This document shows positions 45,656 through 60,352 of a stretch of 64,000 nucleotides of DNA, in pieces. Below the pieces are notes generated by a model. The model did not search any database and was not told the DNA's origin. It saw only the letters and a program-made list of their open reading frames with translations. Each line of letters starts with the position of its first letter. Position 1 is the first letter of the stretch. A program made the translations under genes and the position numbers. This DNA is from Eledone cirrhosa (Eukaryota): the NCBI GenBank assembly GCA_964016885.1, contig OZ024751.1, positions 38,812,001-38,876,000 of the forward strand. Reading direction: 5' to 3'.

Positions 45656-46692
45656 AAAAGTAAATAACAACAACAAGGAGTACAGTGACGAAAGGAGTTA
45701 GGTATTAGGTTCACATAGATAGATGGATGAATAGATAGATTGATGGTTATTGCCTGTGTGCTCATGATAACCATGCAGGTAATCAGAGGAAATCTTCACA
45801 CACTTAGCTAAGAAAAAAACCATAAAAGAACGAATTTAAGAGTTTCCAGTGGGTTGATTTCTGATTGTAAGGTTTCACTCTCATAATTGAATGACAAATC
45901 TGATCAACCATTGTTAACGTACATCATTATAGGAAATGCTGTCACTACCACCTCTTCATAGCAATAATCCAAATCTGAGTTAAATAGATTGAGGATGGAT
46001 AACGTTTTTATGGAGTGAAGTGTGCTATTATTTGAGTACGTGTATAGATATAGGTAATACCGATGTGTTGCATAATGTAAAAAAAGAAATTTGAGATTTC
46101 CAGTCACAAAAAATATATAATACTAACAGTTTCCAGACTAACAGTTTCCAATAAAAACTTTACTCAATTGTCAAATCAGTCGTAATCAAATTTACAAACA
46201 TTGTATACTTAAATGAAATTTAAAAGTCAAATGGTGAGCAAAATGTGTTTAAATTAACATTATAATTAGTGTTTTCCCGTAAAGCCTAAATATACACATT
46301 CATGTACAGAAGAAAAAAACTATCCATAAACAACTAATTTGTGTTAAATACAGTTTTACTGAATTATATATCACTCTATTAATGATTTTGATATCAATAC
46401 AACGAACGCCATTAAACATGAACGGTAGACATCATTTACTGTTAACAATATGTATATCTTGAGACGTAAATACATGCATGGAGATGAGGATAATGTTTTC
46501 ACTCAAAAAGAAATAATCCGTGTTCGCATCACGTGTAGGCGTATTTGTGAGTATGTGAAAATATACATATTCACGTCTAAATATATAATTGTATATGTAA
46601 TAAGACTGAGCAATTGTATCTGAATTAATTTGTCGTTTTTTAATATCGGCCTATATATGTAAATATATATATTCAAGCAAATTCACACACAC

Positions 46693-46793
<101 letters not shown>

Positions 46794-46814
46794 TATGCTT
46801 ATATATGTATACAG

Positions 46815-46880
<66 letters not shown>

Positions 46881-46889
46881 CAATTATGT

Positions 46890-47017
46890 TAATAAATGGA
46901 AACTATATTTAAAAAAAACATATTTATTCTATTATATATATTTCAAGGGAACGAAAACTTTGGTACGCACTCATCAGATAAAATACAAAGTTTGTTTTAT
47001 AAATAGTGACATGCCCA
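46890..47017 (-). mobile_element. HHR-bearing PLE-like relic, family 6, copy A
   Basis: Homologous to 55003-55140; minus strand ATTTTAT-CTGATGA-(decayed stem II)-GAAA-TATA-TA. Confidence 0.55.
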
Positions 47018-47095
47018 TATATATTTATAACAGATTCGAATCTGATATAAATATATTTTGTTGAATTACCAACAAATTAAATTTCCCGTTGCATA

Positions 47096-47136
<41 letters not shown>

Positions 47137-47142
47137 GTATAT

Positions 47143-47176
<34 letters not shown>

Positions 47177-47681
47177 ATTCAGAATGAATGGAGGAGAAGG
47201 CAATATATATGATCATATATATTCATTTACAAATATGGGTATATATAGACAAGTAAATATGTACATATGTATATATATATATTTATTGACATATATATGT
47301 ATATATATGTTTTAAGTGTGTGTTCATCAAATGATGGGTTTGATTTTATCTCTTCGCTTACCGTATATAGCCATAATAGGTAGTAGTTTCATATATTTCA
47401 TGTCAAAAATAGATCCAGACGTTATTCCTTAATTAATAAAGAGTAAAGTGTATTTGTACACTGCGTCCTATTACATAACAATTACCGTAAATGCACATGT
47501 AGTACTATTTTATTTTGATGATATATTATATTATATGTATATTATATTTATATTCATTTCAAAATAACTTAAAACGAAAATTTCAATTTAACAACCCTTT
47601 CATGTTTGCTTTCATATGAATTCTTTGTAAGCAATTCGCAATATCACAGCCAGGCCTCGCTTCTTATAGCTTTATATATAT

Positions 47682-47713
<32 letters not shown>

Positions 47714-48419
47714 ATATATATATGATAAGTAAGCCACGATTTTTTTTCGGAATATCCAATAAGTTTAGCAGATATTCAATTTTAATAACACACAGTCAGT
47801 TGAAAATAAACAGAAACCATTTTCAAGCATTAAATATTTATATCAATATTTTATGATAAAAAATCAAGAAAATAAAGCTATTACGTAAGCTTATTATGAC
47901 CTTTATGCCGTCAGCTTAATATACAAGATTAATGTTCACTCAAAAATTATTCAACAGAAATAGAATACCATATATTTTCACTACTTTTCACTATGTATTT
48001 TAACATATTTTCAAATAGAATTTTTTTTTAAATCTATTTTATGGTATACGTATATTAATTTAAGACTTTTTGCATTTTTTATCTTTTGGGGAAGGAGGAA
48101 AAAGAATATTGATATGATAGCGAAATTGTAAGGAGGGGGAGTATGGCGCATATATAAATGTATGTTTTAAATCAAGATTGAAAGTTTTAAAAAGAGAACA
48201 AAGTTACATTCGAAGACAAACAAATAGCGAATACTGAAAATATTAAAAGAATAGTAAACTCTATTAATGTTTAAGAGAAGGTTAAATATGCTGCCGAAAT
48301 TTTAGATTTTATTTCAACACATCATATGCAGCCATACACCCACGCACATATATGTAATATATGCATGCACAATTTTCAGATTGTATAGCCAAGTAAAATA
48401 CCATATAAATACACTCGGA

Positions 48420-48600
48420 TCATCATCATCATCATCATCATCATCGTTTAAAGTCTATCTTTCACGCTAGCATGGGTTAGACGGGAGTTGTCCCACTTGA
48501 GGCAAGATTGGTCGGGTGACCTTGTCTCTTTCGTATAGGACTATCTGCCAGGTTTTCAACGGATGGATGCTCTTCCTAACACCAAGCACATTAGAGAGAG
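48420..48600 (-). mobile_element. SINE/LINE 3' end with (ATG)n tail
   Basis: (CAT)n-CGTTTAAAGTC...GCTAGCATGGGTTAGACG...GGATGCTCTTCCTAAC; a shorter related fragment lies at 36880-36931. Confidence 0.6.
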
Positions 48601-50213
48601 GGGGTAGTGGGTCCAAATCACGTGGCACAGAAAGTTAATATGTATTTTTGTTTACGGTTATTTGGAGGGAGGGGGGATGTTTGAAATCAGTTACAACTTT
48701 GGTCGTAAATATTCCGTCAAGAATATTCACAATATGAAATGAACGAATGATTTACGGTAAATGTGTATGTGAGTATATATTAGCTAAAGAAAAACACTTA
48801 TGCAATATATATTCTTAAAAACCTAATTTTAAGAATAATTATAAATGAATTAAATAAATATTTGTTTCTTATTTTTTCCAAATTACAATTGATTGTAATG
48901 TATTCATGATTAGGAAGATATTAATTTAAACAATTAGTTGTGAAACTTGATAGGATTACCCATGTTGCACATTAATCTGTTGTATAGTCCTTCAAATAAA
49001 GTCGACTACTCTTATAGAGTTTGATGTCCAATATATCATTTTAACTGTTTACCCCATATGCTGGAGAGCTACTTCTCTGCTGAAATCTAATCAGGGGAGG
49101 CAAATGCTTTATCATTAATTGTCACCACAAGAGCTCAACAATTATTTACAGTTTCTCACTTGACAACATAACGTAATCGCAAAACAATAGATTATAATTG
49201 TTGCATTTCCTGAAGACAAAAATAATACGAAATTATGTATATGATATTCAATGGTTTTAGAGGAGAACAACATCCCCTCACCGTTATTTAATACATTAAT
49301 TTTAGTGGACAGCCTTAATTAATACAACAATCAACAATTGAATTGTTGGAGCTTCAATAAATTACAACTAAGTTAAATGGAATAGGGAACGAAAATTATA
49401 AAACACATTTGGAAAACACATTTGGAAAAGTTTAAGAAACAAATATGTCTTTATACAGATTTTATATCAATGTTAATTAATGTTAGCGATATTTCTACGA
49501 GGATTTTTGGATGAGGGAAAATAATTTCTTTGTAGATTAAATAAATTACAATTATTTTAATACACTTTAATATTGTTACTCAATTTAATTGCAAAATTAA
49601 AAGGTGTATTATAGCATACATATACTTGTCCATTAGTGTTGGTGGCCCTTACTTAAGAACAAGAAAATGAAAACAATTCATTCGCAGAATTATTTTACTC
49701 TATATTCTAGAGATAGCTGCATATTTGGCAACGAAGGACTGTATTATGATGGAAATGACCACATGCAACAACGGAGATGACCTTTCGATCAAAATACGTA
49801 TGTCAAATGCTAACAGCAGATAGAAGAAAAAGGGAATTATGCAGAATATGTCATATATATATATATATATATGTAGATAAATCTACCAAGAGTTTACGGT
49901 AGTGTCCAATCCGTATGAAGAACTCAATGTAATCCGGATATCATGGAAAGAAGAGATGCAATGAAAAATCACTTTCGGTGAAAGATAAACGGAATACAGA
50001 GTCAAGATAAAATATTTAAAAAATAATGAATAAAACAATGAAACAGTTCCTTATATTAAACAAAAAAAGTTCATTATTTAACGATCGTTTCTAGGATATA
50101 TATGTGTTAGAATTGGCATGCATATTCAACAGATCTATGTACAAAATTATACAAAATTATACAAACTATCAAAATTAAATATACATACCAACACATATAT
50201 ATGCCGTCTTCAG

Positions 50214-50300
<87 letters not shown>

Positions 50301-50303
<3 letters not shown>

Positions 50304-50353
50304 CATCATATTCTGCCTAATTCCCTTTTTCTTCTATCTGCTGTTGGCATTTG

Positions 50354-50395
<42 letters not shown>

Positions 50396-50445
50396 CATCA
50401 TATTCTGCCTAATTCCCTTTTTCTTCTATCTGCTGTTGGCATTTG

Positions 50446-50456
<11 letters not shown>
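50301..50456 (+). repeat. Exact direct duplication of about 56 bp separated by (TA)n
   Basis: TGACATCATATTCTGCC...GGCATTTGACACAC at 50301 and 50393. Confidence 0.9.
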
Positions 50457-50521
<65 letters not shown>

Positions 50522-50539
50522 GTGTAGCAGATGTATGTA

Positions 50540-50584
<45 letters not shown>

Positions 50585-50855
50585 CCCGCTCTACATGGGT
50601 GAATACAATAAATGTAATCTGAGCTTTTCGAATAATAATGATAACATTCGATTCGTTTATATATATATATATATATATATATAAATATCGTTGTGTGGAC
50701 GTAGATGATATCGTTCTATTGTGAATGAGGTAGCAAATATGTACATACTCACCATTTACTACTATACGTAAGAGATAGTGTACTTAAGTATCTATAGACT
50801 TTATTTGTTAGATATGCGGTAGTGTGAGATTGTATATATGTATATATCTATATGA

Positions 50856-50889
<34 letters not shown>

Positions 50890-50911
50890 ACACATATATA
50901 TATATATATAG

Positions 50912-50999
<88 letters not shown>

Positions 51000-51742
51000 G
51001 TATATATGTATATATTCCTGCGTTACTGCTGTGTGAGAGTTAGCGTGTGTCATTCCACGGCAAACTTGAAACCGTCATATTCTATCTCATCCTATCATAT
51101 CATATACGCAATCTATATAATTTTCATGGCCAATTTTCTCTTTATTTTTACCTTCTGGAAAGTATGGATTGTTCAGCAGTAAAGGCATCAGAAGATTATA
51201 TCTTGTATGCGATTTATGGCTTGATCTTAATCTGAGATTCCATTAGTAGTATTGTACTTTTCTTAACCACCACGCTCACCCTCATCACCATTATAATGCT
51301 TCGGTCTGCTTTCAGCTATATTCTATGTTTGACAGGTCCTGTCTGTAAGAATTTTCCAAAGATTATATTGATTACAAATACGAGGCAGCATTTGGGTATT
51401 TTTCAAGAGTTATAATACTAATAGCGTATGGCTCACTGTATATCTATGTCAAAGCAGTTAAATAGAAGAGTTAGTTGAACTGGGAGAATGTGAGGGGTAC
51501 AAAAGTGGATTGACCCTTAATTGCAAATTAGAGCTGTTTATTTTCGTTTATTTCTGCATATATATAGGTTTCGTGACCGTCAAAACTATGTAGATATGTG
51601 TGTGTGCTCGTGTATGTTGAGGGGGTGCATTTGTTTGTATGTTAGTATAGTTTGTATGATAACAAATAGTATCGTCGCTAGCTTGATTTCCCAGAATTGT
51701 TCTAATTGTGTAAGGTTCAAAGTAACTAGTTGAATATATATA

Positions 51743-51783
<41 letters not shown>

Positions 51784-51990
51784 GAAATCTTATAACGAAA
51801 CGGCCGTCTGGAAGAAATGATATATTTATTTAATAATGTCTCATATAAAATAATACAACCAATTATCCACGAAATACTGATTAGTTAGCACCCCAAACAC
51901 TTAATTGGGATAATACTTAAGTATATCCTAACGTTTGTTGAGTGAGATGGAGTTGGTCGGAGTATCGCTTAAGGCTTTCTCTGTTTATGT

Positions 51991-52093
<103 letters not shown>

Positions 52094-52632
52094 GGGAAGA
52101 TGAAGGGAAGCAGGAAAAGGAACAGAAAGTATATGAAACGAAAGTTAAGGGTAATTATAAAATACCACCTTACTGTAATCCCCAGGGAGATCCAGAGTGA
52201 CAAAGCGGGACGATGACGATTCTAGGATATCCAGGTTCAAACTTACATTCGAGCATCCACCTAACTTCCAACTGCACATTTTGAACGATCGGAGCCTATG
52301 TTAAAAGATATTTGCCCAACTTCACTAATTATCAATGAAATTTACATAATCAATATTAGCTATTTCATAAATATGTGTCTTCAATACAAACAGATGAACA
52401 TATATTTTTTGTGGCTATTATATATTATGATTTATATTTTCTTGTATTTCATTTTAGATAGTCCCATATCTTGTCCTGGGAAGTATACAGAATTTGAAAC
52501 CACATGAAGTAGAAATGAATCATTCGAAATTTTAAATGTAATTTGCACCTATATATATATGCTTACGTAAACTATTTTGTATAAAAATACGTAAGTATGT
52601 ATATATATATATATATATTTATTTATTTATGT

Positions 52633-52686
<54 letters not shown>

Positions 52687-52710
52687 TTATTTATATATAC
52701 ATATACATAT

Positions 52711-52793
<83 letters not shown>

Positions 52794-53364
52794 CACACAT
52801 ATACCTATTTATACATATACATACATATACATAGATACAAACACATCTTTCATATGACGCTGGAGCAGAAACGAGAAAAACGTGTTAAGACAATTCAGCG
52901 AAACTCATTATAAAGCCATCTATACGTATTAAAAGTTGAAGTAAACAAGACACCCTCTACAGAGTATATTGTTTTCCATTCTCTGTTACTCATAAATCAT
53001 ATTCTTTCAGATCTCTGGAAAATATCAAAATTGTATTAACGAAAAACCAGAACCATTTTAGTATTTCTTGAAAGTGTTCGTGAAAGAATATTTTTGAAGA
53101 CACACTGGTGTACTATATACAAATCACTTATGGTGTATATATAAATATATACAGAGAGAGAGAAGGGGGTGGGATAAAGAGAGAGAGAGTAAGAGTGAAA
53201 TAAAGAAAGAAAGAGAAGCGATCGAGAGCCATAGACTTTAATAAAATAAAGATACGTATATACAGTATTAACATATTTAGTAACTTTATTTATTGTGATC
53301 ACCTTTCGGTATATATCTAAGTATTTATAGTCTAAAGTCTGTCTTAAGCCAGAATACATATATA

Positions 53365-53562
53365 GTCTGTGGTCCTGAGACAGAGGAGATCACTAATCCT
53401 GGGTACTTGATATACGGGCAGATGTAGAATGGGTATCGAGATAGTCAAAACCCGACAGCGGCGCCAAGAGTTTTCGAATTGTGTTTACAGCAATTTTTTT
53501 CCTGGGACTTTCAAAAGACTTGCTGAATACTCAGGCCGACATCGCTTGGCACCGCGGTCGGG
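53365..53562 (-). mobile_element. Decayed fold-back PLE-derived element, family 5 (distant relative of family 1)
   Basis: Imperfect arms (53451-53495 and about 53515-53562) with GAAA-CCGC(ttggcacc)GCGG-TC-GGG consensus; the long arm resembles family 1 (TACCCATTCTAC...AAGTAC...ACCACA). Confidence 0.65.
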
Positions 53563-53607
53563 CTCTCTCTCTCTCTCTCTCTCTCTCATTTTCTCTCTCC
53601 CTCTCCT

Positions 53608-53680
<73 letters not shown>

Positions 53681-53848
53681 GGATTTTAATGGATACAGTT
53701 TAGTTAAAAGGAATTTTTATTGACACGTGTTTCTATAACAGTTGCATAACCTGAAAACAGCTGCTATCTACAAAGTATTAGTTATGCAGACATTCAATAT
53801 TTCAATGTTATTATCAACTGTCATTTCATCGGAATATATATATATATA

Positions 53849-54200
53849 TTAGAAAGTGAGGTTTATTTTACAAAATGAAAAATAACCGGTGTCCTAGACG
53901 AGTGAAAGTATAAAAAAAAAAGATGAAATCGAAAATGCAACTGGAGTCGTATTTTTTTTTTAAATATATATATTTATTTGGTTCCTTTACCGGTTTCGCA
54001 GTTCTTCTGCTTTTCAAAAGTAGAGTTGAGATGGAGGGTCTGTGGTTTTTCTCACATCTGTGAGAAAAACCATAGACCCTCCATCTCATCTCTACTTTTG
54101 AAAAGCAGAAGAACTGCGAAACCGGTAAAGGAACCAAATAAATATATATATTTTTTTAAAAAGTAAGACTCCAGTTGCATTTTCGATTTCATCTTTTTTT

Positions 54201-54204
<4 letters not shown>
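53849..54204 (-). mobile_element. Fold-back PLE-derived element, family 2, copy B
   Basis: Same ends and architecture as 22700-23058; 2-nt loop TC at 54057-54058. Confidence 0.9.
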
Positions 54205-54261
<57 letters not shown>

Positions 54262-55002
54262 ATACTCTACAGCAATTGCCAGTGTTGTTAAGCATTCATA
54301 TAAAATATATACAACACCATTTATAATGTGGAATGTTTTTGTTAGTAAAAAATAATATAGAATTAGTATAATTTTTCCTCTCTTAGATTTTTCTTTTATA
54401 CCATAATGAGGTTGGGAATTATTCAATTTGATTGTTATTTGATACAATACTTACTCATTTAAAACGCTCGAAAAATATGTTGGCTTCTTAATAACATACA
54501 TTATTAGTTCAAAAACTATATAATTTGAAATAAATTAGTCTTGAAATTTCTATAGTCTCCGATCACGCCAAGCTCATACGTTTCTGTAAATAATATATTT
54601 GCCATGCAAATAGGTACGTTTAACAGGTTGACAATGGCGTAAAGCCTTTACTCCTAAATAATTTATTTTATATGTCCCTGAAGGGTGAATGCAACTGAGG
54701 TGGAAGGAAATTACTTTCCAATAATTATGTTATTATTATGATACAGTTATTGACGATCGTTATCTATAACTTCTTGCTAAAGATAAGACAGACTTGATAA
54801 ATATTTTTCAGGTAGAAAATGTTTAAGGAAAGTTATTGTAGTTGAAGATATTTATTTATTTACAAAGTCATGTATCGTATTGTATCTTGTTATAAAAAAC
54901 ATGTGTTCCCAGCATAGAAAGCACGTTATGTACTCCACCTCTGATATATTTGCAAATATTAGTTACTTTGTCAGAGTATATATATATATATATATACGAT
55001 AT

Positions 55003-55140
55003 TAACAAATGGAAACTATATTTATAAAACCATATTTATTTCATTTTACATATTTCAAGGACACCAAGTTAAATTATGGTGTGCTTTCATCAGATAAAAT
55101 ATAATATAGAGCAGTTTTATAAATAAATATTGACATACCC
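55003..55140 (-). mobile_element. HHR-bearing PLE-like relic, family 6, copy B
   Basis: Minus strand ATTTTAT-CTGATGA-AAGCACACCA...TGGTGTCCTT-GAAA-TATG-TA; stem II 9/10 paired, stem I decayed; TA tract downstream. Confidence 0.6.
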
Positions 55141-55215
55141 TTAAAGAATGCAAACATTACTGTTGGAAGCTCACGGATAGTATATCTATAGTATATATAT
55201 ATATATATATATATA

Positions 55216-55280
55216 CCCCTCTGAGAGGCTTGCTGCACATATAAGCCGAAACCGCTTGGCACCGCAGTCGGGATTTTACA
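55216..55280 (+). mobile_element. Family 5 fragment with hammerhead-like core
   Basis: CCCCT-CTGAGA-GGCTT...AAGCC-GAAA-CCGC(ttggcacc)GCAG-TC-GGGA; homologous to 53510-53562; adjoins (TA)n. Confidence 0.6.
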
Positions 55281-55591
55281 TGTATCTGTCTATATATATG
55301 CAGTGTGGTAATAGAAAATTCTAACGTGCATAAGTATAGAGATCTGTTATATCGATTTCTTTAGTAGTTCATAAGTCGAGTAAAATAAAACGGATGTAAG
55401 TCAAGAATTGAAACCAGATTTATTGGTTTGTCTCTCCAGGTGATCAAAACTACAACGATTTTTCTAAAAAGTGAAATAATGCATATTAATAAAACTATTA
55501 AACGTGCGTGTGTTTCTTGTGTGTGTGAACAATCATATTATATTAAACATTTACAAATATTTGATAGTAACGCACATTAGAAAAATTGTAT

Positions 55592-55690
<99 letters not shown>

Positions 55691-56246
55691 TATGTTTATT
55701 CTCCCTTAGGCGGTTGTGATTTCTAAATACTTCAACTTCAATTCCGAGAAATCGTGTCTGAATATCTCAAAGAGAACAAACAATATTTTTAAATGGATAT
55801 ACGAAAACTATATTGATAAATATATGTTTTAATCTTTATTTCAACATCAACAGAGAATAAATCAATAGCGCTTCAAAAATATTTCTTTTCTTAGTATTTC
55901 TTCTCTTAGAGGTTCACCGAGAACTTATTTGCCGATGTCCTGTCTATCAAAGAGCACCCACTGCGCAGTCTCAAAAACAAATTACGTCAGTCTCTCTTGT
56001 AGTACATTCTCATTCGAACAGTATCACGGATAGGCCGAACACTCTAATCTATTCATTCGGATCAGATATTTTAATATATTAAACATTAGTTCTCTGACCT
56101 AGAGGATATGTTTCACATTTTCTAAATAAACACAAACATACACACCCCGACAGCCTTCCATATATATACATACCTCTATACATACACTCATGTATATATG
56201 TATATTCACATTCATTTATACATATACCTATATTCTCATATATGAT

Positions 56247-56300
<54 letters not shown>

Positions 56301-57399
56301 GCATCTCACCACGAACCCTTCAAAAGTGCACATCTATTTATTATACCTTTACTAAGTGGTTATTCTAGGTGATGATAACGATAACAAGAAGGACGATGAG
56401 AAATGTAGGAGGATGGGACGAGGAAAGGATGAGAGGACGATTATAAGGAGGGAGTGGGAGATGAAGAGGAGGGGCATGAGTGAGAGGGGTAAGAATAGAG
56501 GATACTTACAATACAGAATGTTAGTTACCGCACCTAGAAATTGATTGGTCTGTCTTAAGGTGCACCCAGCAATAATCCATAACATATGTAAAATGATTAG
56601 TTAACCCCTTCGGAATTTCCTCCGCATGTTCATTGCAGACAATTCGAACGAGTGCTGGAGCTGGGAAAAACCCAAAAGGCACAAATGTTTTCTAGTATCT
56701 TGTATCTATTTCGTTATTTCGAAATACACTTAGACTAACAATAACATTCAACTCAACGTGGATGGTTTGGAGACATTTTTCTTCCTTTAAATTCAATAAG
56801 TGAGCCGCCTAAGGTGCAGATTTCACAGAGGCGTATTATACTAATTTGCATAATTAAATATATTATACAATAATTTCACGATCAATACATTAACCACAAA
56901 AACATCATCTCTGAGCAGTGTTGTGGAAATAATCAATTCGAGGTAGAACATTGCCGTTAGTGAGGGTAGACAGTATAAAAATACCAGGCAAAATATTCTT
57001 TAGTGTCGTCTAGAATTTTAAAGAATTTTAAGAATGTTAAAGAGCTTAGTTGGTTAGTTTACCAACAATCTTTATTTTATCATTGTGGATCTAGCCTAGA
57101 GTGTTGTACACCCAAGGGCACGACCCTGGAGGTAAAGGAGGCGTAGATAATTAATACATAAATGTCTATACGCGGTGTATTTATATCGTTTTATAAAATG
57201 TCTCGTACCAATGGAAGTGAGATTAATATTTATCAACATTAATAAATATAGTAGAAACAACGACTCTACGTGGCTTCTAATATAATAAATATGCAAATTA
57301 ACTGAAGAACGCGCAATTTCGGTTAAGATGGGCATTGGAGTAGATAAATAGATTGAGATTATCGATAGTAAACAGTCTCGTGTGAAGCACTGTGTAAAA

Positions 57400-57880
57400 T
57401 TGACAGTCACAGAAATTTCAGGGAATATTCTGTCACTTTTGCCTAGATACAATTCCCGCTGCGAAAAGTAATCGATGACATTGTTGGTCAACCTATAATT
57501 TATCAGCATCTTTCTCTCGGCGATATATTGTCTTCAGAGTAAGTTTAATTGCTACCCTCCGAAGGCAAACTTCATCATGATGGAAATAGAGATATTCTCA
57601 TATAGCTAACGGCTTAATGCTGTGATATGTTCGTTAAACCGATGATTATCTCATTTCGAATTGCAAGCTAAGCTCCTACTTCAATCATTAGACAAATGTG
57701 ATCGGTTAGAGAAGATAGAAGAAATTTATACGTGGTGACTCAAACTTACACCTCTTACCAAATAATGTTCACATTTTCCGCCGTATAAACTTTCTCAACT
57801 ATCAACTTATATTCGACCTCATGCTGTCTGCAGTGAAATATGAGAACCACGTCGTGAACGAGTTGATAAATTCGGTAGAA
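57400..57880 (+). mobile_element. Very decayed CR1-like reverse transcriptase C-terminal relic
   Basis: Fragments MFVKPMI and DRLEKIE...YT are collinear with the CR1 FVRP.LEY / KLEKVQRRAT motifs. Confidence 0.35.
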
Positions 57881-57919
57881 ATAATTATGGTCACTTGAAT
57901 ATCAGTGATGTTGACATGG

Positions 57920-57968
57920 TTGATGGTGATGATGATGATGATGATGATGATCGTGATGACGATGATGA
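57920..57968. repeat. (GAT)n microsatellite
   Basis: Read directly. Confidence 0.9.
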
Positions 57969-58489
57969 AAATAATGCTGTTAGTGATGATGACAGGGGTG
58001 GTGATTATGAGGATGACAATGAATACAATGATGAAGGTTATGGTACTGATCGTTATAGCAATAATGATGGTAATTATGATTTTGATAGGAAATTATTCCA
58101 GCTGTGGTGACATCATAAACTGCCCATTATAGCTCTGACTATATTGTACATGGATGAAATATGGCGTAACAGTCCAAAGCTTAAATCAACATTGAAATTT
58201 CGTATTTAAATACGGATCATATAATTTCTGTTTGTCCAATGGATTCTACCTATTTTCAGCCATTATATATTATTTTGAATCACAGCTAGGAAGAATGAAG
58301 TACATGAAACCTATTGTGATTGTGAGGATGTTAAATCTAACCTCTAAGGATTTAACACTAATCTTCCAATTTGGCGTAGGAAAACGGAACCAGTAAACAA
58401 TTTTATTGCGCTGGGCTTTTCAGGGTAATAGTGTACCTTCGCCCATAGCATTTGCAAGTGGTAAAATGCAAAATATTTCTAATGGCAAT

Positions 58490-58680
58490 GACAGTCGTAA
58501 AATATAGTGACTTGTTTAAGGGCACAATACACCATCAGGAATCAAACTCAAGACTTAACCATTGCTAGCCGAATCAGGAATCAAATTCAAGGCTTAACCA
58601 TCACTAGCCGAATCAGGAATCAAACTCAAGGCTTAACCATCGCTAGCCGAACACCCAAGTCACTAAGCTATGCAACTATG
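58490..58680 (-). mobile_element. tRNA-SINE head with the 39-bp B-box segment triplicated
   Basis: ATCAGGAATCAAACTCAAG.CTTAACCAT..CTAGCCGA at 58534, 58573 and 58612; the reverse complement has a GAGTTTGATTCC B-box-like motif and an upstream TAGCTTAGTGA A-box-like motif. Confidence 0.65.
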
Positions 58681-59483
58681 TGGTGGTTCATAGTTATGAG
58701 AAAAAGCGACATTAAAGTCTGTTCCGATATGCAGATGATGACAAGCTTCCAATGTAAAATCGAAGATGTCTAATCATTACTGGTAGGAGATAATATCGAC
58801 TTTTGCACTAACGTATTGTAAAAGACATTTAACAAAACATTATTGCAATGAATTATATTTCAATTTACATTCCTATCATGTTATATTTTTGGCATTACTT
58901 CTCCTGGTGTCATACTTTAGAGATTTCCAAATTCACCGCAGTACTTATTAAGAAAGGGAATTCTCAAGATGGACAAATAAATTATTAGACACAGCCTAGA
59001 GCATTAGACTCAGAGCAAAAACCAAGAAGAATATTTTGTTTTAAACAATATATTTTTCTTGTTATATTTATATTTTCTTTCAATGCTGACTTGCATTCTA
59101 ATTAATGATTTGAATGAGAATATTGGAGGAGGAAATAAACTAATAGTTACAATAAGTAAAATATTTACAATAACGCAGAAAACAAAATATTTTCTGACAA
59201 CCTTAACTTAATGTCTTCAGATATTTCAACCATATCATAATCATAAACAAAACATTAATATTTCGATAATGTTAATGCATATAATTTAATATCAAAGCTT
59301 TTGACACAATTATATACAATATGTAAAATGAGAAACCCTTCGAGTGTTGAACTTCATTAAATATTGATTATAATAAATTGCTTAATTACTTTAAATGATT
59401 ACATCTAAAATTTTATGATAATCCGGTGCGTTATATCAGTGTAGGTTTCATACACAATCATAAGGCATACAGCTCAAAGAGAT

Positions 59484-59674
<191 letters not shown>

Positions 59675-59863
59675 AAAAGGTAAACAGAAATAACAACACA
59701 ATCGGTACAGTATATGGATGGTATATATTAGGTTAACGCTTGATATAGCAAGAAGAGGGTCTTAACGTGTCGGACGCAAGTCCTTCATGAGAAGAATGAA
59801 TAAGAAATAAGATAGATTGAGGGGACAGGTGGGTTGGAATTGGAAGAAATGTAAGAGAGAGAA

Positions 59864-59931
<68 letters not shown>

Positions 59932-60281
59932 CTCTCTCTCTTTCTCTTTCTATCTATCTCGTTATATATATATATATATATATATACATATATATATGTG
60001 TGTGTGTGTATACATTAGTAGAGTGTAAACAATCAAAATAATAAACATATACATATAAAAATGAAAGGATATATATTTAGAAAACCATACAATTTAGTTG
60101 GCATAGCTATCCCACGGTAACCATCGAGAAGAGAATTGAGAGAGGTATGGTAGAAAGCAAAACGTGAATGTGGTTTAAATATGTAAATAATCATGTATGT
60201 GTCAATAAGCACGTGTATGCATGAAAGGTATGTCTGTTTGTGTTTATGTGTGTGTGTGTGTACATACATGTATCAATAGGT

Positions 60282-60352
<71 letters not shown>

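Noticed and set aside
57895-58132. Acidic D-rich / M-rich ORFs (also 26273-26503)
   Set aside because: Decayed (GAT)n/(CAT)n microsatellites.
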